Assembly (NCBI GenBank): GCA_029210205.1
Contig: JARGOD010000004.1
Span: forward strand, 13,842-77,841
DNA: 64,000 nt
Direction of reading: 5' to 3'
Source of the DNA: Verrucomicrobiales bacterium
GTDB lineage: Bacteria > Verrucomicrobiota > Verrucomicrobiia > Verrucomicrobiales > DEV007
The number at the start of each line of letters is the position of its first letter. The stretch's first letter is position 1. This document shows positions 8,031 through 18,292 of the stretch, piece by piece. Below the pieces are notes generated by a model. The model did not search any database. It was not told the origin of the DNA and saw only the letters and a list, made by a program, of their open reading frames with translations. The position numbers and the translations under genes are program-made.

Positions 8031-10055
8031 ATGGCTCGTGACTACACCATTAATCGTGTCCCGCAGGGGGCAAAATCGGAAATCGATTACCGGAAAGAAC
8101 TGAATGACGCTCAGTTCGCCGCCGTAACCGCTGCTCCCGGCCCCGCGCTCGTAATTGCTGGCGCAGGGTCAGGGAAAACAAGAACCCTTACTTATCGGGT
8201 CGCCTACCTCCTCGACAATGGGATTGCCCCGAAGAACATTCTTCTCCTGACCTTCACCAATAAGGCGGCGCGGGAGATGTTGCAGCGGGTTGAGGAGTTG
8301 GTGCCCTATGAAACCGGAGATCTCTGGGGCGGAACCTTCCATTCGATTGGGAACAAGATCCTTCGTCGCCACGCAACCGAACTCGGTTGGGAACGGAGCT
8401 TTTCTATCATGGATCGTGAGGACCAAAAGGAACTCATGAATGCAGTCATCGGCGAGAGTGAGTTCGACACAAAAGCGACGCGCTTTCCAAAACCGGACGT
8501 TCTTCTTGATGTCTTCAGTCTCTCGAAGAATACCGGTGAAGAAATCGCTGACATCCTTCACAGCCGGTATTCTTACTTTCATCACCTCGCTGAGCCAATC
8601 ATCGCGCTACAGGATGACTACGAGACAAAGAAGAGGCAGACCAACTCGATGGATTTTGATGATCTCCTCGAAAAGACCTTGCGCCTTTTCCATGAGAATC
8701 CCGGTATCCTCACTCATTACCAACAGCAGTTTGAGTGGGTTCTCGTCGATGAGTATCAGGACACAAACACCCTTCAAGCGGAGCTGATCGATTTTCTCGG
8801 GGCGCCGCAGAAGAATGTCATGGTTGTTGGGGATGATGCTCAGTCAATCTACTCGTGGCGGGGCGCTGACTTTCGAAACATCCTCGACTTTCCCGAGCGC
8901 TACGAGGGAGCAAAGCGATATGTCATCGAGACGAATTACCGATCTGTCCCCGAAATTCTGACCTTGGCAAACGCGGCGATTGCTCCGAACACAAAGCAGT
9001 TCCGGAAGGATCTCGCTCCTGCACGACCGGATCGACAGGAACTACCGGGATTAATTCCCCTGAACGATACCGCGACTCAAGCCGCTTTTGTTGCTCAGCG
9101 CATTCTTGAACTTCGTGATGAAGGAATTGAGCTGAATGAAATCGCCGTCCTCTATCGCGCCCACTTCCACGCCATGGAAATCCAGCTTGAGCTCACAAAG
9201 CGCGGGATTCCATTTGTCATCACGAGTGGTCTTCGCTTTTTCGAACAGGCGCACATTAAAGACGTCGCTGCCTATATGAAGTTCGTCTACAACCGGCGCG
9301 ACGAAGTCTCGTTTAAGCGCGTCGTCAAAATGCTCCCCGGAGTGGGGGCAAAGAGTGCAGACAATCTGTGGAAAGAGTGGCTCGCCTGTGACGAATCGAA
9401 AGCGGAAACGGTTCATTCGTTTTCCGATGTCATGCTTGGGTTCAAGATTCCGGCGAAAGCCAAAAGTGGGTTTGAGCAACTTGCCTTCACCCTCGACGAA
9501 CTGGTCGATTCCGAAGGCAAGCCCAAGCCGCCCGCTCCGATGATGCCCTCGATTCTTGGCGGGGTTTATGAGGACTACATGCGGAGCAAGTTCTCGAACT
9601 TCGATAACCGCCGTCAGGACCTTCTCCAACTGCAGAAATACTCTGAAAAATTTGAGGATCTCGAAGAATTTCTCAGCCAACTCAGTCTTCTCGCAGGCCA
9701 GGATGCCGTTGCCGCAACCCAGGATGAACCGGACAGCGAGTCGGTTTGCCTCAGTTCGGTGCATCAGGCAAAAGGGCTGGAGTGGCGGGTTGTCTTCGCC
9801 GTTTGGCTCGCCGACGGGATGTTTCCCAACAGTCGGGTTATTGACGAAGACGATGAAAATCAGACTGGCCTTGAGGAGGAACGCCGCCTTTTCTATGTCG
9901 CTGTGACCCGGGCCAAAGATGAACTTTACCTGACTTATCCGCTCATGTGGCATGGCTCCTTCAACGGAGAAGTGATACAGCGACCTTCGCGATTTCTCGA
10001 CGACATTCCTACCGAACTGACCGAGGAATGGAATGTCGGGACCTCGATGTGGTAA
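8031..10055 (+). CDS. UvrD/PcrA/Rep superfamily 1 DNA helicase
   Basis: AGAGSGKT, TFTNKAA, VDEYQD, VGDDAQSIYSWRGA, NYRS, HQAKGLE and EERRLFYVAVTRAK. Confidence 0.95.
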   Translation: MARDYTINRVPQGAKSEIDYRKELNDAQFAAVTAAPGPALVIAGAGSGKTRTLTYRVAYLLDNGIAPKNILLLTFTNKAAREMLQRVEELVPYETGDLWGGTFHSIGNKILRRHATELGWERSFSIMDREDQKELMNAVIGESEFDTKATRFPKPDVLLDVFSLSKNTGEEIADILHSRYSYFHHLAEPIIALQDDYETKKRQTNSMDFDDLLEKTLRLFHENPGILTHYQQQFEWVLVDEYQDTNTLQAELIDFLGAPQKNVMVVGDDAQSIYSWRGADFRNILDFPERYEGAKRYVIETNYRSVPEILTLANAAIAPNTKQFRKDLAPARPDRQELPGLIPLNDTATQAAFVAQRILELRDEGIELNEIAVLYRAHFHAMEIQLELTKRGIPFVITSGLRFFEQAHIKDVAAYMKFVYNRRDEVSFKRVVKMLPGVGAKSADNLWKEWLACDESKAETVHSFSDVMLGFKIPAKAKSGFEQLAFTLDELVDSEGKPKPPAPMMPSILGGVYEDYMRSKFSNFDNRRQDLLQLQKYSEKFEDLEEFLSQLSLLAGQDAVAATQDEPDSESVCLSSVHQAKGLEWRVVFAVWLADGMFPNSRVIDEDDENQTGLEEERRLFYVAVTRAKDELYLTYPLMWHGSFNGEVIQRPSRFLDDIPTELTEEWNVGTSMW

Positions 10056-10060
10056 GCCAC

Positions 10061-10552
10061 CTAACGCAGCATAATCTGGGCTTCGTCAAAGCGTCTCGAG
10101 GAAGGAGTGATGACGGTGATCCGCACTCGATAGCTCTTTCTGAAATCAAGTTTCGGCTCCTTTGGTCCCCAGAAAAACTGGTCGTGAGCACCATCATTCA
10201 CATAGCGGACCGTGTTGAGGCGGAAGACTTTTGAGGCAAGAACTCTCCTCGATGAATCGTCAAGGACCTCAACTTTCAGTCGGGCTCGATCAAAGGAATT
10301 GGGGCGATACTCGGCGCCCCGACCTCCCCACCGAGAGTGAATTCTGACCTTGTGTGGAAAGCTGCGGGACTGAAGACCCGACACCTGAAACTCATGCGTC
10401 CCCGTTTCACCGATTGAAAACTTCGGGAGAAACGAAGATCGAAACGAACCCTGTCCATAGGAGACCGCCTCCCCTTCAATAGCCGGCGTCTGACAACCAC
10501 TCAGAAAGAGAGGTAGGAAAAAATGAAGGAGGAAGAGGCAGGAGCGCGTCAT
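10061..10552 (-). CDS. Hypothetical lipoprotein
   Basis: Hydrophobic N-terminus ending in lipobox FLSG-C. Fills the gap between two + strand genes. Confidence 0.65.
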   Translation of the reverse strand: MTRSCLFLLHFFLPLFLSGCQTPAIEGEAVSYGQGSFRSSFLPKFSIGETGTHEFQVSGLQSRSFPHKVRIHSRWGGRGAEYRPNSFDRARLKVEVLDDSSRRVLASKVFRLNTVRYVNDGAHDQFFWGPKEPKLDFRKSYRVRITVITPSSRRFDEAQIMLR

Positions 10553-10688
10553 GAGGAGGATTGCTTAATAATGGTGGACGCCTTTCCCCCGTCAATGTTC
10601 GAAGTTACTCTTCATTTCGCCTGTGGCCTACGGGTTGCGGTCAGGTTTTGACTTGCTGAGTCAGCCTTCATTTCCCTAGCCTTAGATC

Positions 10689-12788
10689 ATGAGAAACGTC
10701 CCCTGCTTTGTCTGCGTCTTGCTCTTATTCAGCTCTCTCACCATCTTTGCAGCAGATTTCAGTGAAATCCCGACCGATCCGACCGCCGGCGATGCGATGC
10801 TGGAAGATTACTTCGCACGTGAGACTCGAAAAATCTCTTCGCGAACAGATTCGATCCTCAGTGATGTAGAAGACTGGCCGCGATTGAAAGCTGATCTTCG
10901 TCGCCAGCTCTTTGAAATGCTCGGACTCCAACCGCTTCCCGCACGTTCCGATCTCAAAGCTAAGATCACCGGATCAATCGAGCGTGAAGGCATCGTCGTC
11001 GAGAATATCGTTTTCCAATCACGGCCCGGCCTCTATGTGACTGCCAACTTTTACCGGCCGGCAGAGCAAGAAGAGCCACTCCCAACGATTCTTTATCTCT
11101 GCGGACATGGAAAAGTGAACATTGACGGCGTTAGCTACGGCAACAAAGCGAACTACCAACACCACGGAACCTGGTTCGCGAAAAACGGCTACACCTGTCT
11201 GACGTTGGATACTCTGCAACTCGGCGAGATCGAAGGCCATCACCACGGGACTAATCGTCTTGGTCGCTGGTGGTGGAATTCACGCGGATACACTCCTGCC
11301 GGTGTTGAGGCGTGGAATTCGATTCGGGCACTGGATTATCTCGAGACGCGTGCCGAAGTCGACACTTCCAAGATCGGCGCGACCGGGCGCTCCGGGGGTG
11401 GTGCTTACACCTTCTGGATCAGTGCGCTCGATGAGCGAATCGCTGTCTCCGCCCCCGTTGCTGGAATCACCTCGATGCAAAATCATATCGTCGACGACTG
11501 CATCGAGGGTCATTGCGATTGCATGTTCATGGTCAACACTTACCGCTGGGATTTTCCACTCCTTGCATCACTCATGGCGCCCCGCCCTCAGCTCATTCTT
11601 AACACTGACAAGGACCGAATTTTTCCGATCGACGGCGTCGTCGACGTGTATCAGAAAACTAGAAAACTTTACGCAGCAGTGGGTGCCGAAAAGCAGATTG
11701 GTCTCGCGCTCTACGAGGGTCCTCACAAAGATACCCAACCGCTGCGAGTCCCTGCATTTCACTGGTTCGAGCGCCATCTCAAAGGGATGGCTCTCACCGA
11801 GGAGATGAGCGAGACGATCGCGCCTAAGATCTTTGAACCTGAGGAGTTGAAGGTCCTTGAGCAAATTCCGGGGAATGAACGCAATACTTATATTGACGAC
11901 TATTTCACGAGGCGGGTTCCCCGCACTCTGAAGGTTTCGCCGGATGCGTCCGATTGGGCTGCGAGGCAGGCCCTGATTTTGAACCGTTTAAAGTCGCGCA
12001 CCTTTCGGGGCTGGCCCTCGACAACTGAGGATCTTAACGCAACCGAAGACCTTAGAATCGAACGGGATGGGATCAGCTTCAGCAGGTGGAGCTTCGACAG
12101 CCAAACTGGTGTTCGCCTGCCGCTCTACTTCGCCACTCCAGCCGCAAGTGCGATCAATGAGTTGGATCTTTCTGTCCTCAACCCCCTCGACTCAAAGGAT
12201 TGGACGGATTTTCTCACTCGCATCGGATCGGCCTTTCCAGAAGCCTTCCCCGGCTTGGAATTGCCCGCGCTCGACGAAGCAGCCTACGAGTCGGAAGTGA
12301 AAATGCACGCCTCTCAAAAATGGGCAATGATCTACCTTCCCGTTCGCGGCGTTGGCCCGACAGCCTGGACTACAGATGAGAAAGAACGGACTCACATTCG
12401 ACGGCGCTTTGCTCTCCTCGGACAAACGCTCGACACCATGAGAATCTGGGACATCCGGCGAGCCGTCCAGACCTTGCGATCGACAGAGATGTCTGCCGAG
12501 ATGCCGGTTTGGCTTCAGGCAGGCAACGCAATGGCGGGAAATGCGCTATATGCTTCTCTTTTCGAACCCGGCATCGATCGCCTCGACCTTCACGCGTTGC
12601 CAGTCTCCCATCGTGAAGGACCAGAGTTGTTGAATGTGCTTCGGTTTACTGACCTGCCTGAGATTGCCGCCATCGTCGGTGCAAGGAGCCAGTTGCGGAT
12701 TTATGAGGCAGCGGAAAAAGACTGGGGTTTTCTAAAGGCGCACGCAGAAAACTTCGCATGGCCAGAGAAGCAATTGCAGATCCGCTAA
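10689..12788 (+). CDS. Secreted alpha/beta hydrolase (acetyl xylan esterase-like), two-domain
   Basis: Signal peptide, nucleophile elbow GRSGGG, RALDYL and DRIFP...GPH. The C-terminal second hydrolase-like domain lacks the nucleophile motif. Confidence 0.8.
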   Translation: MRNVPCFVCVLLLFSSLTIFAADFSEIPTDPTAGDAMLEDYFARETRKISSRTDSILSDVEDWPRLKADLRRQLFEMLGLQPLPARSDLKAKITGSIEREGIVVENIVFQSRPGLYVTANFYRPAEQEEPLPTILYLCGHGKVNIDGVSYGNKANYQHHGTWFAKNGYTCLTLDTLQLGEIEGHHHGTNRLGRWWWNSRGYTPAGVEAWNSIRALDYLETRAEVDTSKIGATGRSGGGAYTFWISALDERIAVSAPVAGITSMQNHIVDDCIEGHCDCMFMVNTYRWDFPLLASLMAPRPQLILNTDKDRIFPIDGVVDVYQKTRKLYAAVGAEKQIGLALYEGPHKDTQPLRVPAFHWFERHLKGMALTEEMSETIAPKIFEPEELKVLEQIPGNERNTYIDDYFTRRVPRTLKVSPDASDWAARQALILNRLKSRTFRGWPSTTEDLNATEDLRIERDGISFSRWSFDSQTGVRLPLYFATPAASAINELDLSVLNPLDSKDWTDFLTRIGSAFPEAFPGLELPALDEAAYESEVKMHASQKWAMIYLPVRGVGPTAWTTDEKERTHIRRRFALLGQTLDTMRIWDIRRAVQTLRSTEMSAEMPVWLQAGNAMAGNALYASLFEPGIDRLDLHALPVSHREGPELLNVLRFTDLPEIAAIVGARSQLRIYEAAEKDWGFLKAHAENFAWPEKQLQIR

Positions 12789-12800
12789 GGGCTCGCCAAC

Positions 12801-13277
12801 CTACTCGCCGAGCCCGCGTTGAGGAGTCGTGAAAGCGTCCTTGTTAATTTTTACTTCTACCTGTTTTCCGGGAAGGAGAAATACCTCGATGACATCGAAT
12901 CGAAAGAGCACCGAGGGCAGGTTTAGCTCCCTTAGCCAGGCATTGGCGCCGCGAATGATGAGTCGTTCCTTCTCACGGTCAACGGCATCGCCGGGACGAC
13001 CAAACTGATCGCTCGTTCGTGTTTTCACTTCGGCAAAAACCAGAGTCTCTTCATCGCGATAGACGATGTCGACTTCCCCACCCTTCGGCGCGCGGAAATT
13101 TCTGAAGAGCACCTTTCCCCCTCGCCGGTGAATCTGTTTTCCAGCAAGCCGCTCGCCCGTCTCACCAACAAGGCGATTCCATTCGCCTGTTTCGATCGAA
13201 TCACGAGACGGAAGTTTCACGATTCGATCCAACTCCCGGTCGAACCATCGAAACCAAGCTGTTCTAATCCAGTTCAC
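12801..13277 (-). CDS. yraN: YraN family (UPF0102) nuclease-like protein
   Basis: GETGE, RNFR, GEVDIV, FAEVKTR and RFDVI. Overlaps the rnhB stop by 4 nt. Confidence 0.9.
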   Translation of the reverse strand: MNWIRTAWFRWFDRELDRIVKLPSRDSIETGEWNRLVGETGERLAGKQIHRRGGKVLFRNFRAPKGGEVDIVYRDEETLVFAEVKTRTSDQFGRPGDAVDREKERLIIRGANAWLRELNLPSVLFRFDVIEVFLLPGKQVEVKINKDAFTTPQRGLGE

Positions 13278-13891
13278 CGCTTTCTCTTTGCTGCTTCGGC
13301 GACTGGAGCAAAACTCATCCGATGAATCGGACAGGGACCATGTTTTTCCAGGGCCGCCTTGTGAATCGCGGTTCCGTATCCTTTGTGCCGCTCGAACCCA
13401 TACTCCGGATACTTCGCCGCGTAATCGATCATGAGACGGTCCCGTTCGACTTTAGCAATGATGCTCGCCGCCGCGATCGAAAGGCTGAGCGAGTCGCCCT
13501 TTACCAATCCCCGATGGGGTGAAGGAAAGTCTTTCACCGGCTTTCCATCGATCAGCGCGACATCAGGACATGGCTTCAGTTTCAAAAAAGAACGGCGCAT
13601 TCCCTCCCAGGTCGCCTGGAGGATGTTGATCTCATCGATCTCCTCGGCTGCGACCATGATGGAAGCCCAACGAATCGAAGAATCGTTCGTGATCTCCTCG
13701 TAGAGAAGCTCCCGCTTCTTCTCGGTCAATTGCTTCGAGTCATTTAAGGTCTCATGCCTATAACTAGCAGGCAGGACGACAGCCGCGACCGAGACTGGCC
13801 CGGCAAGTGGTCCCCGCCCTGCTTCGTCGATCCCTGCAACTACGGAGAACCCTTCATTCTGGAGAGCTCTCTCGTAGGCAAGATCAGGCAT
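13274..13891 (-). CDS. rnhB: Ribonuclease HII
   Basis: GIDEAGRGPLAGPV, DSKQL, LIDG, KGDSLSLSIAAASIIAK and HKGYGT. Confidence 0.97.
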   Translation of the reverse strand: MPDLAYERALQNEGFSVVAGIDEAGRGPLAGPVSVAAVVLPASYRHETLNDSKQLTEKKRELLYEEITNDSSIRWASIMVAAEEIDEINILQATWEGMRRSFLKLKPCPDVALIDGKPVKDFPSPHRGLVKGDSLSLSIAAASIIAKVERDRLMIDYAAKYPEYGFERHKGYGTAIHKAALEKHGPCPIHRMSFAPVAEAAKRKR

Positions 13892-13909
13892 CGAATCAGG
13901 CTCTAAAAA

Positions 13910-15007
13910 TCAGGCGACGGTATTGACCTCGTCAATAAGCTGACGGAAGCGACCTGCCATGCCACGTTTTTTGGAGCAGATCAATCGGGGCAGATCTTTT
14001 AAATGAGTCTCGTCCGACTCTTCCTTGAGCGCTTTGCAGCTTTCGTATTCGCCGTCTTCAAGGAGGTCGAGATAGTCACGATTCAATTTTGCCAGAAGCT
14101 CATCGGTAACTGGCTTTTGAAGGCGCATTACGAGCCGTTTCCCAACATAGCGATAGCTGTGAAAGTTGCTGTAGAAAGTGACAACTTCTTCGACCGCTGC
14201 ATCAATGTCAGTCATCAGTTTGAAGAGATGGAAGTCATCTTCGGAAATGAGCCCGAGACGAAAGAGATGATCCTTCACGAACTGCATCCAGGTTTTCCAA
14301 TAGGTCCCGCCATCAGCGTCGACGAGCACGATCGGCACGACCTGCGCTTTGCCCGTCTGTATTAGGGTAAGCACCTCGAAAAGCTCGTCCATCGTTCCAA
14401 AGCCACCCGGGAGCGCCGCAATCGCATCGCTTTCTTTTACGAAAGCGAGTTTGCGAGTGAAGAAGTAATTAAAGTTGATGAGCTTCTCGTCGCCTTCGAT
14501 ATGAACATTGGCACCCTGCTCAAACGGCAATTTAATGTTCAGGCCAAAGGAGCTGTCGCGTCCCGAGCCCTCCTGCGCGGCCTCCATGATCCCCGGCCCG
14601 GCGCCCGTGATCGACATGAAACCGGCTTCCTTCATTTTCTCCGCAAACTTAACCGCCGCCTGATACTCAGGTTCCTCCGGCTTCGTCCGCGCGCTCCCAA
14701 ATATGGAAATCTTCCGCTCATCGGTGTAGGGGCCAAAGACGCGGCTCGACTGGCGCATTTCCTTGAGGGCACGATTGTAGAGCTTCAGATCACCTTCCGG
14801 AGGGCAATCACGCCCAAACTTCAGCGCCGTAACGATCATTTCCCTAACGAGCGAGTTCGAGGCATCGCAAGCCCACTCTTCGACGAGTTCGCGAATTCGG
14901 GCATCGATCGCTTCATCTCCGGTCGAGCCTGATTTACGAGGCAAACCAAAGATTCCTCCCCCGGTGAAGTCACGCGGGTCGCGGCGTAGGTGGCGTCTTT
15001 TACTCAT
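13910..15007 (-). CDS. LOG family nucleotide phosphoribohydrolase (TIGR00730-like), long form
   Basis: SIFGSAR, TGAGPGIMEA, YFFTRK and PGGFGTMDE. Confidence 0.9.
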   Translation of the reverse strand: MSKRRHLRRDPRDFTGGGIFGLPRKSGSTGDEAIDARIRELVEEWACDASNSLVREMIVTALKFGRDCPPEGDLKLYNRALKEMRQSSRVFGPYTDERKISIFGSARTKPEEPEYQAAVKFAEKMKEAGFMSITGAGPGIMEAAQEGSGRDSSFGLNIKLPFEQGANVHIEGDEKLINFNYFFTRKLAFVKESDAIAALPGGFGTMDELFEVLTLIQTGKAQVVPIVLVDADGGTYWKTWMQFVKDHLFRLGLISEDDFHLFKLMTDIDAAVEEVVTFYSNFHSYRYVGKRLVMRLQKPVTDELLAKLNRDYLDLLEDGEYESCKALKEESDETHLKDLPRLICSKKRGMAGRFRQLIDEVNTVA

Positions 15008-15125
15008 ACAGGCCGAGGCTACGGGATGAATCGCCACGGCTCAATCTTTGTTCCGGAAAACCATCCCCGAAAAAGCGGATTTTTTCCTTTCGTGCCCCCT
15101 CTTTCGCGTGCTTATTCCCCGCCCC

Positions 15126-16196
15126 ATGTCTATCCCACTTGACGATATCAGAATCGACAGCTTGAAACAGCTTATCGCACCGACGATCCTTATGGAGGAA
15201 GTCCCCGTTTCTGCGAAAGCCGCTGAAGTCGTCTCAACAGCCCGTTCCGAAATCGCCGAAATCCTCGCAGGTAAAGATGACCGCCTCCTTGCTGTCGTGG
15301 GGCCTTGCTCCATCCACGATACCGACGCAGCGCTCGAATACGCAGATCGCCTCGCTGAGCTTCAGGAAAAGGTTTCCGACGATCTTCTTCTTGTCATGCG
15401 AGTCTACTTCGAAAAGCCGCGCACCACGGTTGGATGGAAGGGGTTAATCAATGATCCGCACCTCGATGAGTCTTATGACATCAACGAAGGCGTCGCGATT
15501 GCGAGGAAGCTTCTTCTCGGTATCGCTGAAAAAGGCATTTCCGCTGGCACTGAGTTTCTCGATACGATCAGTCCGCAGTTTTACGCCGACCTCATCAGCT
15601 GGGGCGCGATTGGTGCCCGGACTACCGAGTGCCAGCTCCACCGAGAGCTCGCAAGCGGTCTTAGCATGCCGGTCGGCTTCAAGAATGGCACCGGGGGCAA
15701 CTTCCAGATCGCGATCGATGCAATCCAGTCCTCTAGCCAGCCTCACCGCTTTCTCTCGGTGACCAAATCAGGCGACAGCGCTATCGTTGCAACGAAAGGA
15801 AACGATACCTGCCACATCATCCTCCGTGGCGGAAAGACTGGTCCTAATTTCGATCGTGAAAGCGTCGCCACGGTTCGCGAAGCGCTGAAGGCCAAAGACC
15901 TCGAGCCCGCCCTCATGCTTGACTGCAGTCACGCCAACAGCGGCAAAGACTATCGCAACCAGCCCGGCGTCGCCGCCGAGATCGGGGCTCAGATAGCCAC
16001 CGGCGACACGTCAATCCGCGCGGTCATGATCGAGAGTAACCTCAACGAGGGTGCCCAGAAGATCGACTCTGATCGCTCCAAGCTCCAATATGGCGTGAGT
16101 GTGACCGACTCTTGTGTGAGCTGGGAAACAACTCTCGAAATGGTTGACCAGCTGGCGACCGACGTCCGCAAGCGCCGCGCAACTTTTCTGGCGTAG
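15126..16196 (+). CDS. aroG: DAHP synthase, class I alpha (AroF/G/H type)
   Basis: VGPCSIHD, RVYFEKPRTTVGWKGL, GAIGARTTE, DCSHANS and YGVSVTDSC. The feedback isoform cannot be told from sequence. Confidence 0.93.
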   Translation: MSIPLDDIRIDSLKQLIAPTILMEEVPVSAKAAEVVSTARSEIAEILAGKDDRLLAVVGPCSIHDTDAALEYADRLAELQEKVSDDLLLVMRVYFEKPRTTVGWKGLINDPHLDESYDINEGVAIARKLLLGIAEKGISAGTEFLDTISPQFYADLISWGAIGARTTECQLHRELASGLSMPVGFKNGTGGNFQIAIDAIQSSSQPHRFLSVTKSGDSAIVATKGNDTCHIILRGGKTGPNFDRESVATVREALKAKDLEPALMLDCSHANSGKDYRNQPGVAAEIGAQIATGDTSIRAVMIESNLNEGAQKIDSDRSKLQYGVSVTDSCVSWETTLEMVDQLATDVRKRRATFLA

Positions 16197-16211
16197 TCGC
16201 CCGGCCAACCT

Positions 16212-16242
16212 AACAGGGTTTAGTGAATCACTTAATCCTGTT
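16212..16242. repeat. 31-bp imperfect palindrome between convergent genes
   Basis: AACAGGGTTTAGTGA-A-TCACTTAATCCTGTT, with 13 of 15 arm positions symmetric. Confidence 0.6.
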
Positions 16243-16258
16243 TAGTCAGCTTACATCC

Positions 16259-16750
16259 TCACGATGGGCCATTGCCTGACTTCTTTTGAAAGTCACGGAA
16301 CAATGCGATTTGATCGGTTAGTGGTCGATTTTGAATTGCGTCGTTCTCATTGAGCCAGGCAGCGAAGTCCTTTGTTTCCTGCTCAGTGAGAGTCGTCTGA
16401 GGATCCTCTGGCTCTTCTTTCTTCCTGTTTGCAGCCATCCATGATCCTTTCCTCATCATCCGGACAGGCTGACCATATGGTGTTTCATCGCTCTCGAGAA
16501 TGGGTGAAGGCTCCCGCATGATAATGCGATGAAGTGCCCTGCCGTAGAAGAGAAGATAGAATCCAATCAAGCAGGTGATACCTAGAAGAAAAACCAATGT
16601 AACGACAGCTGAATCAGCTTTCAGTGAAGGGGCTGATGAATTCGCGACAATAATACTAATCAATTTCACGACGGCCTGATAAAGCATTGAAACCCCGCAG
16701 AGTCGCAGCAAAACCCAACACAGCTGACTTTTGGTGAGTGGATGATCCAT
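16259..16750 (-). CDS. Hypothetical membrane protein
   Basis: 163-aa ORF with two N-terminal hydrophobic segments and a charged C-terminus. It fills the gap between two + strand genes. Confidence 0.65.
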   Translation of the reverse strand: MDHPLTKSQLCWVLLRLCGVSMLYQAVVKLISIIVANSSAPSLKADSAVVTLVFLLGITCLIGFYLLFYGRALHRIIMREPSPILESDETPYGQPVRMMRKGSWMAANRKKEEPEDPQTTLTEQETKDFAAWLNENDAIQNRPLTDQIALFRDFQKKSGNGPS

Positions 16751-16894
16751 CGTTAACTGAAAAAGTTTCCGTTACTCTGTTTAGCGGACAAAACGCAATG
16801 CGAAAAGCTCAATTCGCTTTCAGCGTAATTTCGCAGAAGTATACGGCGCACATCAGATCTAGCCATGCCGCCCTGTCTTATTCTATCATTCGCC

Positions 16895-18280
16895 ATGCGC
16901 TGCGTTTTGATTCTCACTTCCCTTTGCCTCGCTCTGCCTGCTTTCAGCGACGATCGTCCGAATGTGCTCATGATCTGCGTCGACGACCTGCGACCAGAAC
17001 TTAACTGCTACGGGGTGGACTACATTCACTCTCCCAATATCGACCGGTTGGCCGCGACGGGAATGAGGTTCGATCGCCACTACGTTCAAGCCCCGACGTG
17101 CGGAGCCTCACGCTACACCCTCATGACCGGCAATTATGGGCCGGGGTCGAACGATGCGCTCTTCAAGCGAATCGAGGGTGTCAGCACCCCGACCGCACCG
17201 GAGTGGTTTCGTGAAGAAGGCTATATCACAGTGTCAGTCGGCAAAGTGTCTCATCATCCAGGAGGACTGGGCGGCCCGGATTGGAACGATGAATCGATCA
17301 TCGAGATGCCGGGAGCGTGGGTTCGACACCCAATGCCTGTCGGTGACTGGCAGCACCCTCGTGGTTCAATGCATGGGCTCGCCCACGGAGAGATCCGGGT
17401 GAATGCCAAGGATATGGACCTCTTCCAACTGGAGGAGGGCTATGATTACATCTACCCTGATGGATTGATCACCGACACGGCCCTTGAAGAGCTCAACGAA
17501 CTCGCGGCAGCCAGTGATACCGAGCCGTTCTTTCTCGCGGTCGGAATCATTCGACCACACCTCCCCTTCGGCGCTCCGGCAAAATACATGAAGCACTACG
17601 AAGGTGCCGAGCTTCCTACCATCCCGCACCCCGGCATACCTGAGGGTAAAACAACCTGGCACAAGTCCGGTGAGTTCATGAAGTACAATCGCTGGGGAAG
17701 AGATCCAAACAGCGATGCCGAATTCGCGGAGGAAGTCCGGCGTCACTACGCCGCCTGCGTCACCTATGCGGATGCTCAAGCAGGTCGTCTACTCGATCGA
17801 CTTGAGGAACTTGGTCTGAGCGAGAACACCATTGTCGTGCTCTGGGGGGATCATGGCTGGCACCTGGGCGAACACTCCGTCTGGGGCAAGCATACTCTTT
17901 TTGAAGAGTCACTTCACTCACCTCTTATCATTCGATACCCTGATATGCCTAACCCCGGTTCATCAACCGGCGAGATCGTCGAAACCATCGACGTTTTTCC
18001 TACGCTTGCGGACGTAGCAGGTGTGAAAATGCCGGATTTCACCGATGGTCGATCCCTTCGCGACATGATCGAGAACGGGGCGAAAGGCCGACCGGCGATT
18101 GCCTACCGAAACGACATGGCTTCGATTCGAACTGAACAATATCGGATGATCCTTCATCCTAATCACGTGGAACTCTACGACCACCAGAGTGAGGCAGGCG
18201 AAACGAGGAACATCGCGACAGAGAAGCCGGACGTGGTCGCTGAACTCACCGCGATCTTGAAAGAACGTCGCCCGGATTGA
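16895..18280 (+). CDS. Sulfatase (iduronate-2-sulfatase-like)
   Basis: Signal peptide, [43 protein letters not shown] and WGKH. Confidence 0.92.
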   Translation: MRCVLILTSLCLALPAFSDDRPNVLMICVDDLRPELNCYGVDYIHSPNIDRLAATGMRFDRHYVQAPTCGASRYTLMTGNYGPGSNDALFKRIEGVSTPTAPEWFREEGYITVSVGKVSHHPGGLGGPDWNDESIIEMPGAWVRHPMPVGDWQHPRGSMHGLAHGEIRVNAKDMDLFQLEEGYDYIYPDGLITDTALEELNELAAASDTEPFFLAVGIIRPHLPFGAPAKYMKHYEGAELPTIPHPGIPEGKTTWHKSGEFMKYNRWGRDPNSDAEFAEEVRRHYAACVTYADAQAGRLLDRLEELGLSENTIVVLWGDHGWHLGEHSVWGKHTLFEESLHSPLIIRYPDMPNPGSSTGEIVETIDVFPTLADVAGVKMPDFTDGRSLRDMIENGAKGRPAIAYRNDMASIRTEQYRMILHPNHVELYDHQSEAGETRNIATEKPDVVAELTAILKERRPD

Positions 18281-18292
18281 TCGGAGACAAAC

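Noticed and set aside
6412-10055. PIN-ATPase plus helicase as an anti-phage defence system
   Set aside because: Both look like ordinary housekeeping families (PIN-PhoH, UvrD/PcrA). They appear separated by a weak terminator and lack any defence-island context.
16203-16250. Possible integron attC site (GTTAGGT core on the minus strand inside a palindrome, with the same 7-mer at ~10059 and ~52105)
   Set aside because: At about 39 bp it is shorter than known attC sites, the inverse core is imperfect, there is no integrase or cassette array, and several copies of a 7-mer are expected by chance in 64 kb.
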